33,731 nucleotides of DNA from a virus (IMGVR_UViG_3300032332_000956:1-33731); one strand, 5' to 3'. Positions 16,353-24,260 are shown, counted from the first letter of the stretch. Numbers and translations are program-made. Notes: generated by a model not told the origin, from the letters alone.

Positions 16353-16721
16353 ATGAGCTTGGGGCGTCTCAACGAAACCGCCATGAAACTCCGCCAGGAG
16401 AACCGAGCTCTTTCCCTTCGCCAGCTAGGTGCAGCTTACGGGCTGGGCTACGTTCGGATTAAGCAAATGCAGGCACTGCCGGGATTCCCGCTGCTCGCGG
16501 GTAAGGTAATTCCGAGTGATTTTGATCGCTGGCGGCTAATGCAGACGACTGGCCTAAATTCACAGCATCGCGGAGATCGTCTACGCAGTGCCGTTGGTAA
16601 AGCTCATGCACTAACGTCGAAGAGTGGTTCACGAGTCGCATGGCGACAGATTGAGAACAGCCTGAAAGCCGCAGTCTCGTCACTCGGGTTACCCGAAGGG
16701 AGTGGAAGCAGTGACGTTTAA
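16353..16721 (+). CDS. Putative excisionase-like HTH protein
   Basis: LSLRQLGAAYGLGYVRIKQMQALPGFP...SDFDRW (AlpA/Xis pattern); convergent with and overlapping the integrase. Confidence 0.55.
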   Translation: MSLGRLNETAMKLRQENRALSLRQLGAAYGLGYVRIKQMQALPGFPLLAGKVIPSDFDRWRLMQTTGLNSQHRGDRLRSAVGKAHALTSKSGSRVAWRQIENSLKAAVSSLGLPEGSGSSDV

Positions 16722-17559
16722 GTCCGCAAATATCCAGCAAGCGACGCCAGCAAAGCGAGGCTCGCGTGTGGGGGACTTCGCATGTGATCTCGCGTCCCTC
16801 GGCCTTCATCTTGGCAAGCATGGGTTCAATGGCGGCCGGGATTGGGATACTAAAGGATTTGCCGGTTCCACCTTTGGGGCAGGGGAAGGTAAGCACACGG
16901 TTCTTCAAATCCACGCAATCCAGAGGAATCTGCGTCTCACGCAAACGGCAGCCAGTAGCCAGGGCGATCTCAAAGCTGACTCGCATCCATTCGGGCACGC
17001 CTTCAACGGCCAGAGCCTTCCGGGTGATTTTAATTTCATTGTCCGAAAACACGGGCTTAACCCGGCCGATCGGGCCTTTTTTAATTCGGTAATCCAGAAG
17101 GGCAACAGAATCCATTTTTCCAAGCAATCTACCTTGCCTGTGAATCCATTTGATAATCTTCAAATCTTGGCACGCTTGGTTGCGTCCAGCCTTACCGCCG
17201 GACGTGCGGGGAAGGCTTTGACGCCATCGCAAATAAATTTCACAATCATTTGCAGAAAACGCTTGCAGACTTATTCTTTTTTCATTAATAAACCTCGCAA
17301 GATGACGCCAGCAGTTTCTGTAATAAACTTTTGTCAGAGGGGAAACGGGATGATTTTCGATCAAATCATCAACCCATTCGTGGCCGCAATCTTTTCGCTT
17401 TTCATTAACGCCAAGTCGAGCGGCCTCGGCCGTTGCCTTGGCGCGGTGCAGGGTGTTGTCGATTCTGTAGCGGGTACTTTTAGTGCGCCACTTGCCGGAC
17501 GGATCTTTAAAACGAATGTAGAACCACGGATTGCCTTTCTTAATGTAGGAATAGGCCAT
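16459..17559 (-). CDS. int: Tyrosine integrase
   Basis: Catalytic set TGCRLRE (R), PKGG (K), FHSLR (HxxR), LVNH (H), HELY (Y); N-terminal arm-binding WFYIRFKDPSGKWRTKST. Confidence 0.95.
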   Translation of the reverse strand: MAYSYIKKGNPWFYIRFKDPSGKWRTKSTRYRIDNTLHRAKATAEAARLGVNEKRKDCGHEWVDDLIENHPVSPLTKVYYRNCWRHLARFINEKRISLQAFSANDCEIYLRWRQSLPRTSGGKAGRNQACQDLKIIKWIHRQGRLLGKMDSVALLDYRIKKGPIGRVKPVFSDNEIKITRKALAVEGVPEWMRVSFEIALATGCRLRETQIPLDCVDLKNRVLTFPCPKGGTGKSFSIPIPAAIEPMLAKMKAEGREITCEVPHTRASLCWRRLLDICGLKRHCFHSLRVTRVTRLRLSGCSQSVAMRLVNHSSTLVHELYQRHCVDDLRDAVNLGQSSALAASDQNHSELPYPRAAGIPAVPAFA

Positions 17560-17566
17560 AGTTACA

Positions 17567-17595
17567 AGGGTAACATTTGGGGCAGTTTAACGCAA
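17567..17595 (-). promoter_or_regulatory. Putative leaderless sigma70 promoter of int
   Basis: Minus strand TTGCGT-17-TACCCT-7-ATG. Confidence 0.45.
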
Positions 17596-17604
17596 TAATA
17601 TACA

Positions 17605-17868
17605 ATGAACGTGCCAAGCATAATCAATCAAATCAAAGAAGGAGATAGAACCGTGGGTTCAAATCCCACCCCGTCCGATGCTTGTCACTATAACGACTTA
17701 CGCCGAAATAGTAACACGGCAGTAATTACTGAGGCTAAAAAGCCACACTACCAACAACTAAATTTAAATTCGCGGGGCGGATACGATCTTGGCCCCGAAG
17801 CGTTCGTTTATCACCCTAACCCTGCCGTGTGCCGTATGTGGCACGCCCAGCACGAGGCCAGCAAATGA
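17605..17868 (+). CDS. Hypothetical protein spanning attP
   Basis: 87 aa; its stop overlaps the next ATG (ATGA), like the real genes of this operon. Confidence 0.45.
   Translation: MNVPSIINQIKEGDRTVGSNPTPSDACHYNDLRRNSNTAVITEAKKPHYQQLNLNSRGGYDLGPEAFVYHPNPAVCRMWHAQHEASK
17650..17677 (+). other. attP core: 3' end of a tRNA (probably tRNA-Ser)
   Basis: ACCGTGGGTTCAAATCCCACCCCGTCCG = T-arm (GTGGG-TTCAAAT-CCCAC) + acceptor strand + G discriminator; 90 bp from the int start; no 5' tRNA half. Confidence 0.8.
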
Positions 17869-18026
17869 TCTCTTGGGAAGTCATGCGGGATCTTGCCCAG
17901 GTATCAATGCTGATTACTGGCTGGGCGCTGTTTGTCGGAGCTGGGATCGGCGGCCTTGTGGTTTGCATTTGCACGATCTGCTGGGTGATCGATGTAGTCA
18001 GAAAGCATTTAAAGGATTGGCTATGA
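17865..18026 (+). CDS. Small membrane protein (53 aa)
   Basis: MISWEVMRDL...ITGWALFVGAGIGGLVVCICTICWVI...LKDWL; ATGA overlaps at both ends. Confidence 0.6.
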   Translation: MISWEVMRDLAQVSMLITGWALFVGAGIGGLVVCICTICWVIDVVRKHLKDWL

Positions 18027-18211
18027 TACGCGACCTAGAGCAAGAGGGCGTATTGCCGGCGAGTGCCAGCCAGAGCTACGGATCGGCTCAACTCTCCCAA
18101 ACTACCGCGCTCATCGATCTGCAGACAAAGCATCGCGATCTACGCAATCGACTGGAACGCATTGAGGACATCCTTAAAGGGCTAATTGAAAAACAGGGGG
18201 CAAGCCTGTGA
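18023..18211 (+). CDS. Small coiled-coil protein
   Basis: MIRDLEQEG...LRNRLERIEDILKGL; overlap-coupled. Confidence 0.55.
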   Translation: MIRDLEQEGVLPASASQSYGSAQLSQTTALIDLQTKHRDLRNRLERIEDILKGLIEKQGASL

Positions 18212-18543
18212 GCGCACTGGCCAGCAAGTTCCTAGTTCTTTGGAAAGTCGCTGGGGGCCCGGAGCTAGTGGCCGAGCACACGTTCCACCCGACCCGCAAA
18301 TGGCGTTTTGATTACGCCTGCAAATCCGCCCGCTGTGCGATCGAGTTGGACGGAGGCGCATTCCTGCCGTTCGGAGGTCGTCACGGGCGGGGAATGGGAA
18401 TGGTGAAAGATTGCGAGAAATACCGCGCAGCCGCCGACCTGGGCTGGCGCATCTGGCGTTTTACAACCAAGTGCCTGACGGCTGAAGCAGTGGCGATGAC
18501 CGCTAAGTCATTCCGCTTGTCGATGAAGGAGAAAACAAAATGA
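18208..18543 (+). CDS. PD-(D/E)XK endonuclease, DUF559/Vsr-like
   Basis: EHTFHPTRKWRFDYA..AIELDGG...GRH..DCEKY.AA..GWRIWRFT. Confidence 0.8.
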   Translation: MSALASKFLVLWKVAGGPELVAEHTFHPTRKWRFDYACKSARCAIELDGGAFLPFGGRHGRGMGMVKDCEKYRAAADLGWRIWRFTTKCLTAEAVAMTAKSFRLSMKEKTK

Positions 18544-18680
18544 GCGAACCAAAAGAGCCAATCAAATTTAACAACGAAAAACCCGACTACGAAACCGAGG
18601 CTTACGAGCGCGAGGAGCGTGACTCCGATTACGACTTCCACCGTTTCTGCGATTACTACGGGAACAACCGACGGGGCTAA
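18540..18680 (+). CDS. Small acidic protein (46 aa)
   Basis: MSEPKEPIKFNNEKPDYETEAYEREERDSDYDFHRFCDYYGNNRRG*; AAGGAG upstream. Confidence 0.55.
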   Translation: MSEPKEPIKFNNEKPDYETEAYEREERDSDYDFHRFCDYYGNNRRG

Positions 18681-18682
18681 TT

Positions 18683-18898
18683 ATGACCGATCCAACCAAA
18701 TTCCGCCTTATCGAAAACATTGAAGTGATGGCCTGTCGCAACTCAGCCGAGCGAGTTGTGAAAGCAGTCAATCGTGGCGACTTAGCGCAAGCCAAAGACT
18801 TGGCCCGCAAGCACGAGATCGCGTGGCACTTAGCCGACCGCGAGTTCCAAGACTTAAACCAACCGCACCGAAATAACGATTTTTGTGACGATGAGTAG
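18683..18898 (+). CDS. Hypothetical protein
   Basis: 71-aa ORF in the early operon. Confidence 0.55.
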   Translation: MTDPTKFRLIENIEVMACRNSAERVVKAVNRGDLAQAKDLARKHEIAWHLADREFQDLNQPHRNNDFCDDE

Positions 18899-18951
18899 TC
18901 GCCGCAAATCCAAGAAACAAAAACAAAGAAACAAAGAAAGGAAATCCTAAT

Positions 18952-19434
18952 ATGCCAATCGTAGCATCAAGAGGGGGCACATATACGCCAGCCCCGGAAG
19001 GGAATCACGATGCAGTGTTCTGCGACGTAGAGGATCTCGGCGTAGTTGAAACGCAGTACGGAAAGAAGCACCAGATCAGGTTGGTCTGGCAGATCGCCGA
19101 GAAGATGGAGGACGGGCGGCCGTTTACCATCGGCCGGCGTTACGGACTTAGCCTGCATGAAAAGGCAGCTTTGTTCAAAGATCTGAAATCCTACGCGAAA
19201 AAGGCGCCACCGCAGAATCTGGATCTGGAAACCTTAATCGGTAAGCCGTGCCAGATCCTTGTGACACATGCGGAGCGTGATGGCTCTACATACGCAAACG
19301 TACAGGCGGTACTGCCTGCCGGAGCGAACAAAATCAAAGTCGATAAGGACTTCGTTCGGAAATGCAATCGTCCGGGCGCACCGAAACCAGCCGTCGTCGA
19401 GTTAGATGCCGACGGAACTCCCGTGCCGTTCTGA
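18952..19434 (+). CDS. Phage single-stranded DNA-binding protein (OB-fold)
   Basis: YTPAPEGNHDAVFCDVEDLG, LIGKPCQILV, YANV; acidic tail ending VPF. Confidence 0.7.
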   Translation: MPIVASRGGTYTPAPEGNHDAVFCDVEDLGVVETQYGKKHQIRLVWQIAEKMEDGRPFTIGRRYGLSLHEKAALFKDLKSYAKKAPPQNLDLETLIGKPCQILVTHAERDGSTYANVQAVLPAGANKIKVDKDFVRKCNRPGAPKPAVVELDADGTPVPF

Positions 19435-19439
19435 GCACT

Positions 19440-19470
19440 TGGCCGGGGTGGGCAATCCCCACCTCGGCCA
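19440..19470 (+). terminator. GC-rich hairpin after SSB gene (no U tract)
   Basis: TGGCCGGGGTGGG-CAATC-CCCACCTCGGCCA. Confidence 0.45.
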
Positions 19471-19484
19471 GAAAGAATACCAAA

Positions 19485-19580
19485 ATGGAAATCCTAACTT
19501 TAGTAGTTCAAATCGTATTCCCAACAACCGCAGTCGTGCTGGCCCTTATGGCCATGCGATTGCTGAAAGATTGGCAGTAA
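19485..19580 (+). CDS. Single-TM peptide (31 aa)
   Basis: MEILTLVVQIVFPTTAVVLALMAMRLLKDWQ*; TAATG overlap with next gene. Confidence 0.5.
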   Translation: MEILTLVVQIVFPTTAVVLALMAMRLLKDWQ

Positions 19581-20362
19581 TGACTGCGCTTATTGCGACG
19601 GCAAAGACGGAGTCGTCGCACTACTACCTAGCGTCGGGTGAGTCGTGCCACGGTGATTTGCGATCCGCCCGCAAGGTGGGTGCCTTTCCGTCCGTCACTA
19701 CCATTCTCGGAGCTGCTGGCCCCAGCAAGCAGGGGCTGATGAATTGGAAAGAGGAGCAGGCGATTCTATCCGCCCTGTCGCTACCACGGAACGATGGCGA
19801 GGCAGACAGTGATTTTGCCAAGCGAGTGGTATTGGACAGCCGCAAGGAAGTGGAGGCCGCTGCTGCCCGCGGTACCCACATTCATTCCCTAGCTGAAATG
19901 ATAATCAATCGGCAGGAGCCGGGTGATCTAGTCAAAGGCTACGAGGAGCATTATGCAGGGCTAAAAGAATGGCGTGAGTGTTGCGTGACTAAAGTTCACG
20001 CCAGCGAGTCCGTGCTAGTCAACGAGGCGGAAGGCTACGCAGGAAGGGTGGATTTGATCGCCCAGATCCACGGTGAGATGGAGGTTATTGATTTTAAGAC
20101 AAGGAAATTTAAGAAAGACGCAAAGGGCGTCTCAAAAGCATCTGGCTATGAAACTGATCTTTTGCAGCTCAGTGCCTATGCGTACGCATTTACCGACGAC
20201 GGGATGGCTTGCCGAAACATTCTAATCGATCCAATCACCGGCCAGTTGCAGGACGTCCGCTACACCGCCGAGCAAGTTGCCCAGGCGTTCGAGGCGTTCA
20301 CGTCGATCTGCAAGGTGTGGCGCTGGCTGAAGAAGTACGACCCGCGTGAGGTAAAGTTGTGA
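19580..20362 (+). CDS. PD-(D/E)XK exonuclease (RecB/Cas4-like)
   Basis: PSVTTIL, RGTHIH, YAGRVDLI, IDFKT, QLSAYA; likely start ATG 19580. Confidence 0.85.
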   Translation: MTALIATAKTESSHYYLASGESCHGDLRSARKVGAFPSVTTILGAAGPSKQGLMNWKEEQAILSALSLPRNDGEADSDFAKRVVLDSRKEVEAAAARGTHIHSLAEMIINRQEPGDLVKGYEEHYAGLKEWRECCVTKVHASESVLVNEAEGYAGRVDLIAQIHGEMEVIDFKTRKFKKDAKGVSKASGYETDLLQLSAYAYAFTDDGMACRNILIDPITGQLQDVRYTAEQVAQAFEAFTSICKVWRWLKKYDPREVKL

Positions 20363-20511
20363 TTGAACTATTACCCGAACAATCCACCCACGAGCAGTTA
20401 CTAAACCGCGTGCGCTCGTTGGCCCGTGAGCTGGCAGAGGCAAAGGCTGCGCTGGCGGCTGCTGAAGGACGCGAGAACAATTTAATCGAACGAATAAGGG
20501 CTGGCCTATGA
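20359..20511 (+). CDS. Small coiled-coil protein (50 aa)
   Basis: MIELLPEQSTHEQLLNRVRSLARELAEAKAALAAAEGRENNLIERIRAGL*; overlap-coupled. Confidence 0.55.
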   Translation: MIELLPEQSTHEQLLNRVRSLARELAEAKAALAAAEGRENNLIERIRAGL

Positions 20512-20936
20512 GAGCGCTTTGCAACGTAGTGCTGACGTTTTTGGCGTTCTTTGGGTTCCCAGTGACGCAGGCATCAAACGTGATGATTGACTTAAGGCCA
20601 GACGCCAAAAAGATCGACGTGAAAAAAATCAAAGTTCGCATCACTGGCTATTGGCCAGGTGAGGACGAGTGGAGCAGTCGATACCAATCCAGCACGGGCA
20701 CCAGGTTGCGGGCTGGTCGTCATTGCGCCGTCGATCCCGACATCATTCCGCTGTGGTCGAAGATTCGCGTGATGGGCGGAAAGCGTGAGTGGGTGGCCGT
20801 GGATACAGGCACTGCCGTTAAGAGCAAGAAGGCGAGCGGTGGGAAGCTGCCGGTGGTGGACGTGTTTGCCGCAAGTGAGAAACAGTTTAAGGCAATGCGT
20901 CTGCCGAAGGTGGCGATGGTGGAGGTGATGAAGTGA
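20508..20936 (+). CDS. Exported 3D-domain (MltA-like) peptidoglycan protein
   Basis: Signal/TM segment, ITGY, AVDPDIIPLWS, AVDTG and VDVF (three Asp). Confidence 0.8.
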   Translation: MRALCNVVLTFLAFFGFPVTQASNVMIDLRPDAKKIDVKKIKVRITGYWPGEDEWSSRYQSSTGTRLRAGRHCAVDPDIIPLWSKIRVMGGKREWVAVDTGTAVKSKKASGGKLPVVDVFAASEKQFKAMRLPKVAMVEVMK

Positions 20937-21214
20937 GCACTAAAGCCGCTAGGCTCGCATCTAAACGCAATCGTGCTGCTGGCCTTGGGGATACAAGGCC
21001 AACGTTCCGCCGCCTTGGCGTGATCGCTGGCATGTTGCGCCGGGATCTGACGCTGCCGAGCTGTGCCAGGTTGGGCGTTAAGCTGGAATGTAGCTACAAG
21101 ACCATCCAGCGGGACATCGATCTGCTGCGTGACTTCTTTAACTATCCGCTGGAATACGACGCCAGCAAGTACCACTACAAACTGGCTGGGCCGCTGCCGA
21201 AGGCGGTGCTGTGA
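20933..21214 (+). CDS. Stand-alone winged-HTH of the type found N-terminal in WYL regulators
   Basis: LGVKLECSYKTIQRDIDLLRDFFNYPLEYDASKYHYKL. Confidence 0.75.
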   Translation: MSTKAARLASKRNRAAGLGDTRPTFRRLGVIAGMLRRDLTLPSCARLGVKLECSYKTIQRDIDLLRDFFNYPLEYDASKYHYKLAGPLPKAVL

Positions 21215-21339
21215 GCTTGCAAGATCTTTTGACCATGTTCTCCGCCCGCGTCATCTGTACCTATACGCCGGAGCAGTACGCAGAACAAGTGATCATCGCC
21301 CGTAACAATCGGATGCGGTGGGGAATAGGGCAGTGGTGA
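21211..21339 (+). CDS. Hypothetical protein (42 aa)
   Basis: MSLQDLLTMFSARVICTYTPEQY...WGIGQW*; GTGA overlaps. Confidence 0.5.
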   Translation: MSLQDLLTMFSARVICTYTPEQYAEQVIIARNNRMRWGIGQW

Positions 21340-21632
21340 GCGTGTCTTTGGCCTATGCTTACGGCACAAAGCATTCGTGCCTGTTTGAACAAGGCGATGG
21401 ATTGTTAAGCGCATTTGAAAAAACACATGGCTTTGCAATGGTGTGGCAAAGCGACCCAATAAAAATGCAGGCAATGGGTGCAGGTCTTTTCTGGATGGTT
21501 GCTTTTCATCACGCAGTTATCAGGGACAAGGTCGATGCACAGAGTTTGCATAAAACCATGATGCAAATTCCTGAATTTAGAAATCATTGCGCTTACGACA
21601 TTCCTTTTATGGAGAAGTACGAAAATTTATGA
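21336..21632 (+). CDS. Hypothetical protein
   Basis: GTG 21336 overlaps upstream stop; AT-richer than neighbours. Confidence 0.55.
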   Translation: MSVSLAYAYGTKHSCLFEQGDGLLSAFEKTHGFAMVWQSDPIKMQAMGAGLFWMVAFHHAVIRDKVDAQSLHKTMMQIPEFRNHCAYDIPFMEKYENL

Positions 21633-21805
21633 GCGTAAAACGCCTCACCTGGCATCTCGCCGTGCTTGAACGTGCGAAGAAGAATTTGCTGAAGAAGCAG
21701 TACGATGCAGTACGCACCCGGCTGGATCTGGCCGTTCTTATGGCTACGGAAATGCTGAAGCAGGCCGAGGGCTATAAGGCCAAGGCGATGGAGGCCAAAA
21801 AATGA
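21629..21805 (+). CDS. Hypothetical helical protein
   Basis: MSVKRLTWHLAVLERAKK...; overlap-coupled. Confidence 0.55.
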   Translation: MSVKRLTWHLAVLERAKKNLLKKQYDAVRTRLDLAVLMATEMLKQAEGYKAKAMEAKK

Positions 21806-21981
21806 AACTGCTTTCAATTTTGTTTTATTACTTGGGAGACATGGCCAGCCACACGATTGCCCGGTGGAGCTGGGGCGGGTGGCTGTATCAGAGGCTGATG
21901 CTGTTGTCCGTCGATTCCGACAAGGACTTTGAAATTTGGAAGGAAGTGAAGCCACGCAAAAAAAGGAGAAAACGCAAATGA
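21802..21981 (+). CDS. Hypothetical protein (59 aa) with basic tail
   Basis: MKLLSILFYYLGD...KPRKKRRKRK*; overlap-coupled. Confidence 0.5.
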   Translation: MKLLSILFYYLGDMASHTIARWSWGGWLYQRLMLLSVDSDKDFEIWKEVKPRKKRRKRK

Positions 21982-22169
21982 AGGATCTAGGCAAAATTAC
22001 TTTTGGCAAATCACGGCCAGCACCAAAGCAGGTTCTGGTCGATGTAACCTATGACGCTAGGACGGCCAAGGCATTGCACGCATTTGGACTGAAGCAGTTA
22101 AAGAAAGATAAAGAGGCAGTGATCGTGTACGTGATTAAGAAAGCGTTGGAAGGTTTGGTGAAAAAATGA
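21978..22169 (+). CDS. Hypothetical protein, possibly RHH-like
   Basis: VLVDVTYD strand followed by two helices; coupled to the primase gene. Confidence 0.5.
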   Translation: MKDLGKITFGKSRPAPKQVLVDVTYDARTAKALHAFGLKQLKKDKEAVIVYVIKKALEGLVKK

Positions 22170-24127
22170 TCGCACCACTCCCGCCGGCTATCGAAGCCAT
22201 CCATCGCAACGGGGCCGCTGAAGGCGAACGCAACACGCAACTTTTCAAGCTGGCCTGCCAATGGCGCGACCAAGGGCTGACGGAGTTCGACGCAACGACC
22301 AACGCAGAGGAGTGGGCTTTTAAGGTGGGCTTATCGCAGAATGAGGCCGTAAGTGCAGTCAGATCTGCATTCAGCAAACCAGCCAGGGAGGCGTGGAAGC
22401 CAAAGGCCAAGTATGCTTATCAGAACGGGGCGATCGTTCGTGAGGATCTACCAGTGCCGCCTATGCCGATCAGCGTGGAGAGCGGGCCGGTCGACAAGTT
22501 CCTGACTACGTGTTTCGACGTGGGTGATTATATAAATATCTGCCGATCGATTAAGGATAAGGACGGCCGCGAGCGGCCGGATGGTGCAGGCGAGACGCGA
22601 AGCCGTGAGGAATGGCTAGAGCTGTTTAAGGCCGACGGGTTGAAGGAATGGCAAGGGGATGCAGTCGGCGTGTATGTGTCAATCAACGCTAACAACGGAA
22701 AGAATCGAAAAGCGGAGTCGATTGTTAAGTACCGCCACTGCCTAATCGAGTTTGATGAAAGCACGATGGCTGAACAGTGGGCGATCATTAAGCGCAGCGA
22801 GTTGCCTACGTCGTCCATCATAAAGAGCGGATCACGAAGTCTGCACGCATGGGTGGAGATTCGGGCAGCCAATGCCAAGGAATTTGCTGAGCGTGTGGAT
22901 TTTATTTACAAGCACTTAGAGCACAGTAAGCCCGATCCTGCCAACAAGGACGCAGGGCGGTTGTCGCGGTTGCCGGGCGCTATGCGTACGGCCACAGGAT
23001 TGCAGCAGGAGTTGGTCGAGTGTGGCGCACCGACGCTGACCTACATGGAATGGATGGAACGCACGATTTACGGAGATATTCCCGAGCCCTATAGCTGGGA
23101 GCAGTTGGTAAATTTCAAGGAAGATGCCGACATAACGCAACTGCTAGGCAAGCGGTGGATTTGCCGTGGCGGTTCGGCGTTGTGGGTGGGGAGTAGCGGC
23201 TTGGGTAAAAGCGTGCTGTGCTTACAGGCAGCAATCACGTGGGCGGCCGGGCGTGATCTATTTGGCATATCGCCACACGGCAAGCCGTTGAAGTCGCTTA
23301 TCGTACAAGCAGAGAATGATGAAGGCGATGTGGCGGAGGCATTGCAGGGCATTCTAAAGGCGCTGGATCTGACCCCAGAGGAGCTGGAGCGTGTTAAGCA
23401 AAACATCGTGATCGTTCGCGATTGCACGTCCACGGGTGAGCGGTTCGTCGATAGGATGCGACGCTTGGTTGAAAAACATAAACCCGATTTAGCCTGGGTA
23501 GATCCGTTGCTGGCGTTTATCGGTGGCGACTTATCCAGCCAAGAGACGGCCGGAGGCTTTTTGCGTAATTTGCTTAACCCGCTCGCCCTATCTGGCGGAT
23601 TTGCTTGGATGCTTATGCACCATACGCCAAAGCCAACACGGGACGGCAGCGGTTACCAGGGGCACGATAAGGCGTATAGCGGATTTGGATCGAGCGAGCT
23701 GACGAATTGGGCAAGAGCCGTTTTAATGTTGTCGCCTTGTGGCCAGGATGAGCAAGGAACGTACACATATAAGCTTGAGGTGACCAAGCGCGGAAAGCGG
23801 TCAGGCTTGCGTCCTGGCGTTACTGCGAGCGATTTTATAGCCAGCAAGACGCAGCCTTTAGTTCACTTAAAGCATGCCGATAGGGGGATGGCTTGGATTG
23901 AGGTAGGGGAGCCTGAAAAGTCAGTCGGCCGGAAGGCTATGTCGATCGATTGGGTCAAGTTACCCGAAGGGGCTAAATACAGCCAAGTGGTAGCATTTGT
24001 ACAACAAGCCACCGGGTTGCAGGAACGGCAAGCGAAGGCCCGTGTGAAGCAGGCTAAAGAGGACGGTTTAATCGAAGAAACTGAAGCTGGTTTATTCAGC
24101 AAAAAGGTGACAAATGAGCCATTTTAA
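22166..24127 (+). CDS. Primase-helicase: PriCT + RepB'-type AEP primase + AAA_25/RepA-like SF4 helicase
   Basis: GERNTQLFKLA (PriCT); LIEFD, SGSRSLHAW, RLSRLPG (primase); GSSGLGKS, WVDP, MHHTPK, GSSELTNWAR (helicase). Confidence 0.88.
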   Translation: MIAPLPPAIEAIHRNGAAEGERNTQLFKLACQWRDQGLTEFDATTNAEEWAFKVGLSQNEAVSAVRSAFSKPAREAWKPKAKYAYQNGAIVREDLPVPPMPISVESGPVDKFLTTCFDVGDYINICRSIKDKDGRERPDGAGETRSREEWLELFKADGLKEWQGDAVGVYVSINANNGKNRKAESIVKYRHCLIEFDESTMAEQWAIIKRSELPTSSIIKSGSRSLHAWVEIRAANAKEFAERVDFIYKHLEHSKPDPANKDAGRLSRLPGAMRTATGLQQELVECGAPTLTYMEWMERTIYGDIPEPYSWEQLVNFKEDADITQLLGKRWICRGGSALWVGSSGLGKSVLCLQAAITWAAGRDLFGISPHGKPLKSLIVQAENDEGDVAEALQGILKALDLTPEELERVKQNIVIVRDCTSTGERFVDRMRRLVEKHKPDLAWVDPLLAFIGGDLSSQETAGGFLRNLLNPLALSGGFAWMLMHHTPKPTRDGSGYQGHDKAYSGFGSSELTNWARAVLMLSPCGQDEQGTYTYKLEVTKRGKRSGLRPGVTASDFIASKTQPLVHLKHADRGMAWIEVGEPEKSVGRKAMSIDWVKLPEGAKYSQVVAFVQQATGLQERQAKARVKQAKEDGLIEETEAGLFSKKVTNEPF

Positions 24128-24130
24128 CGT

Positions 24131-24260
24131 TAGTGCAGTAACCCTTATTGCACTAGTGCAGTATTGTGGAGCATGTAGGTGCAGTAATAAAGGCCCTTTA
24201 GGGCCTATTATTGCACTAATGCATTACACCATTTCCATTACTGCACTAACGACTGCACTA
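24131..24260. repeat. Putative replication origin: seven TAGTGCARTA-type iterons around a palindrome
   Basis: Copies at 24131(+), 24146(-), 24154(+), 24177(+), 24209(-), 24239(-), 24251(-); central AGGCCCT-TT-AGGGCCT at 24191-24206. Confidence 0.75.

Noticed and set aside
15916-16462. Track ORFs 15916-16110(-) and 16148-16462(+)
   Set aside because: Alternative frames over the two RHH genes, which have far more protein-like sequence and matching promoters
16702-17598. 298-aa + strand ORF antisense to the integrase
   Set aside because: Shadow of the int frame with no recognisable motifs
17650-17677. A phage-encoded tRNA gene
   Set aside because: Only the T-arm and 3' acceptor strand are present; there is no D-arm, anticodon arm or pairing 5' strand
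18912-18944. AAAGAAAC-like short tandem repeats before the SSB gene
   Set aside because: Low-complexity A-rich leader, most simply an unstructured translation enhancer
18208-21640. Many early genes begin RTGAGC, suggesting cassette recombination sites
   Set aside because: Largely forced by RTGA stop/start overlaps followed by a Ser codon; no longer shared repeat
24131-24260. Repeat array as a mini-CRISPR
   Set aside because: The repeats are 10 bp, in both orientations and irregularly spaced; the nearby Cas4-like nuclease is a common phage exonuclease
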